NCBI RefSeq assembly: GCF_000150275.1
Contig: NW_002060963.1
Coordinates: forward strand, 653,262-717,261
From: Trichoplax adhaerens
Taxonomy: Eukaryota > Animalia > Placozoa
Length of the DNA: 64,000 nucleotides
Direction: 5' to 3'
The number at the start of each line of letters is the position of its first letter. Position 1 is the first letter of the stretch. A program made the translations under genes and the position numbers. The notes under the pieces are model-generated. The model did not search any database, was not told the DNA's origin, and saw only the letters and a list, made by a program, of their open reading frames with translations. Positions 1 to 12,184 of the stretch are shown here, piece by piece.

Positions 1-884
1 GAAGCCACTACGAATAGTTAGTTTAATCTAATACTTTATTGTATAGCTGTAATCCAAGTTGCATATTGCCACGTAATTAATTAACTACCGATTACTTAAC
101 TATGATCCTGCTACTATGAATTTACTTCCCCAAAATCACAAATCCTCTCCAGTATAGACAACCTCACTCGACTTAAGCAAAACAGTAAAGTTGCAACCCT
201 TCTGGTAACTATCGATTCCATTCTAGGCTTAAAATAAAACAGTTACCTGTGAATAGCACGCTTACTAGGTGTACTGAAATTCTAAAGTTAGACCGCATAA
301 GTTGGAATTTAGCAATGAGTGAGGATCATTCCACTACGTTTAAATTCTTCGTATTTCGTAGGACTCATTATTTCATTAATAGCTAATACTGAAGACTTGT
401 AGATGGTTACCAGATAATTTATTAAATAGTACCATATTAAATGAAAGCAAATTAAAAACAAGAATTAAAATTAATGAATTTAAGCTGAAACTGAAACAGT
501 ATCACTTAACCTATTCAATCAAGTGTAATACCGCTAATCACCAACACTTCAAAGCAACATTCGGATAAAGTAAAATATCACGCTAGGTATGAAGACATTA
601 TCAGATACGAACATAGTATAGGAGAGGACATGACAGACAACAAAAATATCTTAAGAAAGATACCTTGACTCAATTAAATCAGACCGCAATTAAAAAGATA
701 CTGAGAGCGAACTAACTTAGCTACTGCTACTATGGCTTTTACGGCCGGATAAACACATTTGTGACCAGCACTTGATTACGTACGTACAGGCGATAGAAAT
801 TCTCATCAAGCTAATTAAACCATACTAAAAGTTAACATCAGCGGTAATCATTAATGTTGAGCAACTACACAAATAACAAACACG

Positions 885-3800
885 TTAAGGAGTAAAGCTA
901 AGAGATTTTGATGCAGCTTGAACGTGGAAGACAACAATCGCAACTTGTTGCTCTACTTCACCCCAATTACCATTAGTTTGAGCCATGAAAAATGAATCGG
1001 TAATACCGGGAAATTTAGCTCCTCCATAAGTATTGAACATACTTGGAGCGAAAAGGATGTGTTTCTTAAGAGGTCGGCCTGGTAATCCAGCTGGATTAAT
1101 GAAAGTTTTGTCCAGTTGCATTAATCTATTATTGACGCGTCTCCTAAGCCAAGGTCTACAAAATATACGCAATGTTTACATTGTTTAAGCTGAACGTTTT
1201 ACATTTTAAAAGTACTGAGAAATTAATTCGGTGAAATCAATACAGAAATCCATTATTGTATTTTACGTTTAAACTTACTGGTCTTCCCTTATCGTCTTAA
1301 TAAAGTTAGAGAATGTATTAGCTGCAACGGTGAAATTATTGATTGCAGATCTCAAGTTATCTACATTTAAAGACACGCAAAAAAGTGATTTCTACGGTTA
1401 TTAGATGGCAAAAACACCAAGTTGTATTTCGAAGCTAAATCACCATGGATATATAATGTCAATTATAAATTATTACCTAGCTTGATGTTACGTGCGTTTA
1501 AGTTGGCTTCGTACGCACTAGCTAACTGGTTAAAATAAAGTGTTAAGGTTTTAGCATATTCAGTCACACTCATACGAAGGATTGGATCGTCAGCTTGAGC
1601 TAAAGCCAAATTGCAACAAACTCGGGCTCCAGCTAAATGGTATTTAAAGTCAGGATCGATAGTCTTCTTTAGGTAATCGTAAGTATCATAAATAGTATGA
1701 TAGGCTGGATAGGAAGAAACTGGGTAGTAACCCTGCATTTAAAGACGAAAAAGACAAGAAATAAAATTTTGATATAGCGAAGACAATATCTGAATGCAAT
1801 GTGATTATAACTTCGACTTACGCTATCGAAGTCGTAGCTAAAATCTACAGATGACACTCCGATTCGTTGCATAAATGGTGCATAATCACTTCCAGCTCCC
1901 AAGCTTCCAACGCTTTAGCATAAAGAGAAGTAGTTAGTTTCCATTCCTCATTTGTATACAATACCAAGCTATAAAGACTAGATCAATGATAGCATCCGAT
2001 GAAACTATGTTTATATTCAATACTTACTATGGTTGTGATTTATCAGCTGAAGGTTTACGTTGCAACCATGTATCATACAAAGATTTAGTTGGATCATCTG
2101 GATCAGGAGTCTATTTTGGCAGCAGAAGTTGAATATGGCGGGATGGTCAACATACATTTAACAATAACATACGCTCTACTTGAATATATTAATGTTATCT
2201 TGGCAACTATATCAATACTTATACAGTACCATTTTAGCAGCATCATAAAGAACTTGTTTCATAATTGGACTTGCTGCGGCATACAAAGTGAAATTACCTA
2301 TAATACAACAAAACAGGTTATAAAGATTGCAGGCCTTTCTATCGAAAATCCTTTATTCTATTCCTAGTCACTTTACCTTGAGCAGCTATGTCAGTGTTGG
2401 CGTACGATACAGCATTTCGTACCAATAGTTTTTCATTCTCCTGTTTAATATAATAAGTGGATAATTTTTATAAACCGTTAATAATAATAAGCATACTTAA
2501 GAAAGTTTTTAGCATGTATTAGAACCGCAGCAATACATTCTTTCTACAGCGATGGCTATTATTGGTTTTTTTTTAACGTTATATAACTATATGATATTAT
2601 CTAATTCACCTCGACCCATTCCGTAGAACCAATCAAACCGTATTCCTCAGCACCCCAGCTGCAGAATTTCATTGTCCTTCTAGGGCGCCATCCTGATCAT
2701 TTACGCAAGAAGATAACAGAAGTTATGTAAGTATTTAGCCTTGGAAGAAATTTTAATTTATACAATGAAATAACGCATCACTAATACCGACCTGTCTTCT
2801 GCATGACGGTGGTGATAGCACGTGAAATTTCTAGCATGTTTGAGCCACCACTTGAAGCGTCAACAGCACCAAATATCCAGCTATCACGGTGGTTACCAAC
2901 AAGTACATAGTGATCAGGATCGAATCTTCCGTTGATAGTACCAATAACATTGTAAGCATCCAAGGCTTCAATTTTGTTGTGAACCTCTAAATGCGCTTTC
3001 CTTTTGTGATCAAGTAGAAAGAAAAATTACTTTAATAAATGTTCAGCATGTTCTTTTGCTACAAAAAAAAGCTAAAAAAACTAACACTAACGCTAACCCT
3101 AACTATTCTAGTGATATCACTGTTTGTAAGGTAAGCCTTCTGGTACGTGTTAGAGTTAGCAAGAAACATACTAGTACTGTACAACATGGCGATGGATATT
3201 CAACCGCCAATAGATCGTCCAATAAATTACAGCACGTATTACCAGAAACTTTTAAAAGAATTTCTCTTAAAAGTATCTGGTATAGTAACACTATGAAGCG
3301 TATCAAATCTTGAGCATGTTTCTTGGAATGTAAAAAAGCGACATAAAGACACATACCATCCAGATCTAGAACCAGTAAATGCTCCTCCAAATTTGTACGT
3401 GGTATTGGCGAGTTGTCCTCTCCATTCCGCTGGAACTTCATTTCCACTCATAGCTTGTAACAAAGGTGCGGCATCGGAGGCACTCAATGGTTGGACAGGG
3501 ATATTTGGTAGAACGTTGGTAAGATTTTCAATAGGATATCGGTATGCACTATCTGCAATCAGTTAAGAAGTTAGAAAGGAATTCTCGATCGTTCGAATAT
3601 CTCAACTAAAACCACTGCTAAATCTAGCATTGTTAGGTCTTTACCAATAGAAGGATAGCCAGGTGTCTGTGGATCACCATCACCCAAGAACAAAGTGCCT
3701 CGTTGTACGCCAGTTTCTGGTAGAAACCATCCATCAGGATATTTCTTATAACCAGGTGGGGCATAATCAGCGGGATCAGAGTATAAAATCAATCCTTTGC

Positions 3801-4238
3801 AGTTGAATCTTTCCGCAATCCTAGCCTACCATTGGGTATAGACACATAGCAGAGCTGAATTACTATACAATCATCCGGTAAGAACAACTATTCTATGATC
3901 CGTGAGGAATTTTTAGAAATCAATGTCGTCGTAATCTTATATGAAAAATTTACCTTATCTCCTCTGAAGATCTTGCCGTAACGGGCGATAGCAATTCTGT
4001 TTTTACATGTCAATTTAAAATCATTTTCTAGTTTAACAAAATCTTCTTGGCGGGCATAGTTGACGTAGATCAATTCTCCATCAACGGTTGCTTCTTTAGC
4101 ATAAGCGTTAAATGGTAAAACGATATTTGGATCGTTTTCATCTGGATGCAGAACTTTCTCTTTGATCGTAGCTTGATATTGGAATATATTGGAGCTATCT
4201 ATGTACGTGCAAAATTAAGGTTGGAGATGTTTTAATTG

Positions 4239-4272
<34 letters not shown>

Positions 4273-7200
4273 GTATATATTAAAATAATCGGGGAATATA
4301 GTAGAATCTGCTCTTTATCAATTAATTTTCTTCTATCGTCGATTGTTACCTTTCAATCCAACTTTGGTTAATACATCCGTTCGAGGCCTTGAAAGAAGAA
4401 CTTTGTATTTGACAAGTTCAACTTTATCAAGTCCGTAAGATTCCCATTGGTTTTTAAAGTAATTAGCAAGCTCTAATTGGCGAGGACTTGCAGCGATATG
4501 GGGTTTAGCTGACAGAAACCTGATTGAATAAAGTACAATTTAGTTACTTTATGAACTTCAACATTGAGATATGATTATAATTAAGATTGTAACGCCTACT
4601 ATATATAATTATAACATGATAGTTAGCAGGAGTGAAATTCTTACTAGAAGAAATTCAACTACAGTAACTAAGCGGCATTAATGCATGAATTAACAACATA
4701 GTGTACCATAAACTTAGGCAACTTTACTCTTGAGCATGTATATTTTAACTTAACTTCATGGTACAATCATGAAAACTACATAATGATGAAAATACGATCG
4801 GAAATTTATGATGATAAACGACTTGAAAGTGTTCTTTTAGTTGTTTATAATGCCATTCTGATCATTTAGGATTTCAAGTGCGACTGCAGAGACTTTTCCT
4901 TCTGTCACACAAGTCTCAGAAGTTACTGTGGTAACTGTAAATAGTTTCCACTAAATTAGATTGTCAAGGATCAACAAACGATGTTGAATAAATAATTATA
5001 ATTATTTAATTATTAGCATCAATTCATTAAACATGCCATGATTTGCACCAATCCAGGTTAAGTTTCTTTATTTATATCATTGTACTGGTATTATTCTGAT
5101 ATTAACGTTTACGTCGTTGGAAGTAAATAACTTTATGTAAAATAATGGATAAAAGTGATCTCCTATCTTCTTATCCCTTGCAATACTCAATACTGTAATA
5201 AGGACTCTTCCGAGTAAAAGAGAGCAAGCAGACTTAAAATGCTATGACATACGTTATCAGGAATATTGAATAATTGAAAAGATTAGTTTGAAAGTAGTGC
5301 GCTCCTGTTGGACGTACTTCCTTCAGGAATTGTCAGCGTGTGACTGCAGTTTTTTTATTATTTTCTAAAAACGCCATGTCGGAAGTTATCAGAAATGGGC
5401 AGGAGTAATTACTGTAGATTATAATAGTCACTTACTCCTGTCTACTTCCATCAGGCTAAGACACCATGCAAGACATTATCAGAAAGCGAAGTGATAAAAG
5501 AGCTAAATACGGTAGTTAGCGAATTGCGTTATACTTTCTTCAGGCATTGAAAACCTACTGTTTTAACGCCATGACAGACGTTATGGGGAATGCAGCGTGA
5601 TTACGTGAAGTTGAAAACTAGAGATCAGTTTTAACTCGTTTTAACCGTACAGGGGGTCATGCATAACATGTTTTAGTGCTAAACTCATTAGAGTAGAACA
5701 CCCCTGTAATTTCCTCCAGGCATCGAAAACATGTGACTGCACTTCATTTTATAATAGAGTATGATGTAACCGGTAATTCTTTTCTTGTTGAAGTCTCCAG
5801 GCAATTTACTCCAATACTGCGATGGTTTAAAAAAGAATAACTCATATTGACAAAGATGCTGTTGACTGCCGTACAACTACATTACTTAATCTACTGTGTC
5901 AATAGAGAATGGTTAGTACATTATGATCTGAATGACTAAGTCATTATGCTGCCACATCTAAGCAAAAGTACTGTACAGTGTAGGTAGTGAATTCATTAGG
6001 CGCTAGTTGAAGAACTCCAAATCTTCAAGCTTGACATTGATATATACTACGTATAATAACGGACAGTCTACTCGTGTAATGTAATATATTCAACGAGTTC
6101 ATTAGTTCAAGGTTCACATTTATACCCAGAATCAACAATACTGGTAGTAGTCCAAAACATGCTTGTTTTGTCCATTTTGTAAATGATCAATAAATCACTA
6201 GCGTATTTAAGCCGTCTACTGACTGGTCGGAGTATTGGGTGCATTCTAAAATTATCATGTTTACACAGACACCTATGGCTAGTGGCACAACTACCAGGGA
6301 CACTTTTAAAAAAAAAAATAAACCAATTTTGCCGAGATTCTTGCTAATACACGCCATACGAGAGCACCATCAACTTTCAAACCATGTCCTTATTAGCGTG
6401 GATAGCACCCTAGTACTGTAATCAAGCTGGCCATTGACGCATTGTTTACGTAGCTATTTAAGACAAATTTGACACGCCATCTTCATGGCTTGTGTGTACA
6501 TAAAGTTTGCATATGAATATTTCATAATTTACACAGGATAGAAAGTACAAAGTACTTCTGTATATTGTGGCATGCCGACATAGCATCATTTCACCAGACT
6601 ATAGCCATTGTTCATAGTGGCTATTGTACAATATCTTTTTGATTTTCTCTTTTCGATGTCGATTATAATAGCAACAGTAACATTTCCCATCGTTTCGGCC
6701 TGGACTGATGGTCAATACTATAAGGCGTTGCATGGCTACAATGGAGGCAACATGACAATACAAATACTGCGTATCTACTTTTGTAATCGAATGTCTGGAT
6801 TGTTGAATGTCACTAGCAATCATGAGAGGAAAAATTGGATGGGAAGGCTTTTCCTTCTGTTTTATAGTATGAGTTTAGTTCTACATCGCTAGAAAGAAAT
6901 CTAGTGGTCCATCCTTGAGTACAGGTGGACCAAAACATTGGACAGAACAACAATAACGTTGGCATAGAAATAACCCACTGGACACAACAATTAAATAAAA
7001 CATGTTTTTTTTTTTTCAGTACTTGCTACATAAAAAGTGGCATCTTCCTTTCCCAGTCACGGATATTTTTATCCAATTTTAGTAGTTGTATTGGCAATTT
7101 ACTTTGCGACCCTGCCCATATCATGCTGGGTCTTTGCATTTTTGAATCCAACCTAGCGAGAAATAGCTGCATCTAATGTCATCATGTAGATGGCTGATGT

Positions 7201-8940
7201 ACTGTACGTACTGCATTTTATGTAAACAATCTATCCGTGGATATCGTTTTCGTGACGCACTGGACCAGTTTACCTTTCGGGTGGATATTAGGCAATGGAC
7301 ATCAAACTTTGCGCCCAAGAAATATACTGTACTGGACTATGCCTTTTTTTGTGTGTGGGTGCTTTTCGTCCCGTATGTGTTGTAGCGGAGTGGGGATACA
7401 AAATACCTGTGGTACTTTATAATGTTCACATAACTTTGTTGATTTGTACGTTTACTCAGTCAAGAAAAATGAAGTACTTTACAAGTAAACATTTTCGCAA
7501 CAACAGTTAAAAGGCTAGTTGAATAACCACAGCCGTTATGGACGAAACGATAAAAATGATAAGATATACCCTAAAGGTGATGATTCAAAAAATACAGATA
7601 GCTACGCCAGCCAACTGGTGATGAATATTGTAGTACCAATTCGCGGCTTCTTTTTTTAATTGCATGCAATTTAACAACACCGATTTAGAATGTTCATAGT
7701 GAGGCAAGAAAAAAATAGACACTGGCAGAGAAATATGAAATACAGCAATGTAAGAAATTCAAGGATAGATTATGTGACGCGTAAATCATTACTGCAAATA
7801 GCGATTGGATAAAATCTTATATAAAGCTTTTAAAGTACTCGACTGGCTACGAACTGTCCAGTTTTAAAAATGTTGCGCGATTTGAGTCAAGAATGATGGC
7901 AAAGCACAGCTACCTAATTAATGCGTGATCACTTCAAACATTGACTCATACAGAACTAAGCAATTTTATTAGTATTATCATTTTAAATAGCAGTAATGAA
8001 CTGTAAAGTGACCGAGTTGAATCACATCGCAAAGCAAAACAACTATGCTTTCCTGCCTCCGCAACTCGCTGCAAATCTGATGATATCTTCTGATTGATTA
8101 GAAAAGCCTATTGCATATTATTTTTGCTCTGTAACGTTTGGATGGTATGCACAGCAGCATGCATTAAGCATATTGGTCCCGCTGAAGCAGAGGCGGCTAG
8201 CAACGTCGCTCCCCCACCCGATTGTGTAAGCAAGCGTGCATTCTCAATCTGTCCAATTTTATACCCGCCGAGTTCAAGCTGCAATTTTACAGCTGAGACT
8301 AGTAGTATTGACTTGACTTCATATTGTAAGTATGCATTCAGAATGGCATTATTGTTGTTTTTTTCCAATTTAGCTAAGACACAATTTGTACAAGTTATTC
8401 TTATTTATCTATTGCAAAGCTCCGCATTTTTGATCAAGTTAACTTACTCTATTACAATACGAGTGTATACTTTCTAGCACAAAGGCAATAAAAATGTGAA
8501 TAAGCCTGATGATTCTAATTCATGCATTATTGATCAATTAATTGATAGAAGAAAAAAAAAATAGCCCAACTCAATTGTCATGCAGCCATGATTGCATCGA
8601 CTGGAAGACGTTGCAAACTATCAGGGTGTTTTTACAGTGATGGAGGATAGTTGAATATTCATTGTCGCTTGGTTTTTACTTACTTGATATGCTTGTCGAT
8701 GTTTGCCGTTTTCATCTCATCAATAACTTGTTTGTGCATTTCATCCAAATTGGTAACAGGAGCATTGGTCGGAGCAGCAGTGGACATTGCGGTGCCACCA
8801 GTGTTATGAGGTGTTTGTCCTCTACCGATAGCCCATCCAATTAAGCCACCAACAACACCAACCACGACAACAAGTATAACTAAGATGATTCGTCTGGTGG
8901 TGAAGATACTACCATTAGGTGAGCGCAGTTTTGGTTCCAT
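885..8940 (-). CDS. Type II membrane M28B zinc peptidase (glutamate carboxypeptidase II / NAALADase family), about 14 exons
   Basis: Exon 1 (8684-8940) encodes a short tail plus TM anchor ([21 protein letters not shown]). Further in-frame GT-AG exons at 4350-4519, 3954-4198, 3645-3825, 3357-3552, 2792-3000, 2610-2692, 2377-2440, 2230-2297, 2028-2110, ~1822-1912, ~1477-1732, ~1279-1361, 885-~1156. Family motifs: [87 protein letters not shown]. Orthology to FOLH1, NAALAD2 or NAALADL1 cannot be resolved by eye. Confidence 0.93.
4243..4270. repeat. (TA)n microsatellite in intron 2 of the peptidase gene
   Basis: Uninterrupted run of TA dinucleotides. Confidence 0.9.
5238..5805. repeat. Degenerate tandem repeat (4-5 units of about 90-130 bp) in intron 1 of the peptidase gene
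   Basis: Recurrent box CCATGnCnGACGTTATCAG(G/A)AAT near 5241, 5372, 5462 and 5568, and a second box TACTT(C/T)CTTCAGG(C/A) near 5316, 5442, 5532 and 5708. Confidence 0.55.
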
Positions 8941-9181
8941 TTTGCTTTTCAGATCTGCTGATACCAAGAATTTTCGGCACTTTACACGATCTCCAGCCAA
9001 CCGGATCAATGCACTTGCAATCGATCTTGGCAAACTACGTTAACCTGCAATCCCAACAAGCTTTATAAACTGTTGTTGCGCGATCGATACTACAGTACAC
9101 TCCAGCACCTGTAGCACATTGCACTGTATGTTACTGTAGTGTACTCTATCTGTGCTACAGTGTACAGTACGTCAATAGCTA

Positions 9182-10153
9182 ATGATGGTACTGTACGTAC
9201 GTGATGATTTGTGGTTAGCGATCGGTCAACTGGAACTGATTGGCACTTAATGTTTTTTTGGGGGCGATTTTACTGCATTATTTATTGAGTTATGTTGTTT
9301 CTTTTAAATTTCTTATACAAACCATCCATGATTGGTACCAGTCGCTGAAATGATGGTACTGTGCAGGATGCACTGTACCGTCCGTACGTACGTGATTATT
9401 TGTTATTAGCGATTCGTCGATCGGTCTACTGAAACTGATTGGCACTTGATGTTTTTTTGGGCGATTTTACTGCATTATTTATTGAGTTATGTTGTTTCTT
9501 TTAAATTTCTTATACAAACCATCCATGATTGGTACCAGTCGCTGAAATGATGGTACTGTACAGTATGTACTGTAAGTACGTGATTATTTGTTATTAGCGA
9601 TTCCGTCGATCGGTCTACTGGAACTGATTGGCACTTGATGTTTTTATGGGGGGGATTTGACTGCATTATTGAGTTATTTTGTTTCTTTCAAATTTCTTGT
9701 ACAAACCATCCATGGTTGGTACGAGTAAAACAGTACAGCACGTGTGATCTGTAAAGTGTATGGCGTAGTCTAGACCCCGCTAATGTATGAAAAGTGCTTC
9801 ACTTTTCACTTGGCACTTGATGTTTTGGGGGGGGGGATTTTACTGCATTATTGAGTTATGTTGTTTCTTTCAAATTTCTTATACAAACCATCCATGATTG
9901 GTACCAGTCGCTGAAATGATGGTACTGTACAGGATGTACTGTAAGTACGTGATTATTTGTTATTAGCGATTCCGTCGATCGGTCTACTGGAACTGATTGG
10001 CACTTGATGTTTTTGGGGGGATTTTACTGCATTATTGAGTTTCTTAAACAAACCATCAATCATTGGTACGAGTAGAACAGTACAGCACGTGTGATTTGTT
10101 AAGTGTATGGCGTAGTCTAGACTCCGCTACTGTATGAAAAGTGCTTCACTTTT
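9182..10153. repeat. Tandem repeat of ~170-200 bp units with a ~370 bp higher-order duplication, upstream of the peptidase gene
   Basis: Unit TGATGGTACTGT...CTGATTGGCACTTGATG...CAAACCATCCATGATTGGTAC starts near 9182, 9351, 9548 and 9918, with a partial copy at 9810. Segment ~9439-9806 is repeated at ~9810-10153. Confidence 0.92.
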
Positions 10154-11952
10154 GATACAACTGGCGGGTCTTGGGTACACTTACTCCTTGACTCATTAGG
10201 CATTACAGTATTGTAGTTGGGGCTTTGCGATCATGCAAAATGATCAACTTCAGATGTCTCCAGATCGGGATATAAAAAAGTACTAATGAAGACCCCCCGG
10301 TCTACAGTTACAGCTGTCACCATGACTATAGCGTAGAAATAGTTTTTTAAAGGGATCAGTTTATTTATATTTTTTAGGGAGGTGGATTTTCCACTGTCGA
10401 AATAAGTGATGTCGTGTAGTGAAAGTATGATCTTAAATATACAATGCATACAACATCAGTAAATATGTTATGTTTACTTTGAACATGATGTCATACCGTA
10501 GAAATGTCAAGCCATCGCCTTGAAAATACAACCTTTTCTAAGATGACCTTGCACAGTAAACGCGACATCGCTGCCATGAAATTTTTCATGAAATAATTAG
10601 CCGATCCATTTGCAAATCAATCATTACTATACTGTATACTTATAATAAGTATTACCTCAGTACCAATAGTAAGTGCAAGCGCGCTGTTTCACTTCTTACT
10701 ATCATTCATATTTTTAAAGTATGCAATTACTGTATTTACAATTAAAGGCTCTACGGTAGCGCCTAAAAATACGTGCCTAGAATACGTACTGCTTACCGCA
10801 ACAGAAATTTGACTCCAATTGGAGTCTACAAATTAATGATTGTCTTCATCTCCCAATGGATAGGAGGAAAAAACCATCGCCGCAACTGATACTTTGTATG
10901 CGTACTGTGTACATATACTGAGTGCTCAGAGTAATTAGGCGTATACTAGCAATTGTAGTAGGTGATCATCATCAGAAAGGATAAAATCAATATTTAAGCA
11001 CTTTAAAAAAAGGTTTGACGCTAATAAATTGAGTTGGTCCCTTACTAAATGCAGGAATACGTTTTAAGATTTAAAGTTGAAAAAGTAACGAATTTACAAC
11101 GTCTAGCAGTGTAATTAATTTCATAATTTAAACTAACTAATTCTATTATGCACTGTAATAAGTGTAAACATTACTCTACTTAGGGTACTACCTAAATTAA
11201 AAGTACATAACAGACTCTTGTGACATGCTCATTTCTTGACATAAATGGGATCTAAATTTTTTAATGACATACACGTATACTGCATACATACAGTACTTAC
11301 AGTCTAAAGATTAGAGATTAAATAAGAAGCTGGAATAATGCATTCTGTAAGTGAATAAATAAAAAAATCTTGAATTTCAATGTAAACTGAATTACTGTAT
11401 TTTTATTACTCTGCAGTTGGTCAACATTTTATGGACATTCTTTCTACCCATTTCTTACTAAACGAGTACAAAGGTTTATATTACCGAAATTACTACTAGT
11501 CAACACGAAAACTTTAATTTACCCAAAGAACTTCTATCTCTTACAATGAATGAGACATGGATCTACATCAGAATCATCATAGACTTAAGCGAGTGCTAGC
11601 AGCTCAATCTGACTAATTACTCAAGATCATCAAGGAGCTATAGCGAGAAACATCAGGAGTAAACAATACGTAACTTTTTCGAAAACGCTACGACAGTTCG
11701 CTACAGTTATACAAGTAATTTATTTAATTAATCCCTTGTCAAACGGTATCAATCTCGCTACGTACAGATGATAAATTGAAAAGACTAAAATGATACTAAC
11801 AACATCATTTGATAATTTTACTACTACACCAACTTGTCTTCAGCGTATATTACAAAAATAAGAAAAGCGCTATCAATATTATCAACTATATGCGACCACA
11901 TAAATTCAATTAAAAATCTAAGTATACATATAAAAGAAAATAGCTCACGCAG

Positions 11953-12184
11953 NNNNNNNNNNNNNNNNNNNNNNNNNNNNNNNNNNNNNNNNNNNNNNNN
12001 NNNNNNNNNNNNNNNNNNNNNNNNNNNNNNNNNNNNNNNNNNNNNNNNNNNNNNNNNNNNNNNNNNNNNNNNNNNNNNNNNNNNNNNNNNNNNNNNNNNN
12101 NNNNNNNNNNNNNNNNNNNNNNNNNNNNNNNNNNNNNNNNNNNNNNNNNNNNNNNNNNNNNNNNNNNNNNNNNNNNNNNNNNNN
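11953..12184. other. Assembly gap (N run) covering the DLST stop codon region
   Basis: Run of N; the DLST last exon reads into it (...FLRKVKSAI). Confidence 0.99.

Noticed and set aside
8094-8477. Overlapping opposite-strand ORFs in peptidase intron 1
   Set aside because: No recognisable motifs, and no support from splice sites.
9201-9246. C/D box snoRNA-like GTGATGA...CTGA in the first repeat unit
   Set aside because: Too short, box C is GTGATTA in the other copies, and I could not identify an rRNA-complementary guide.
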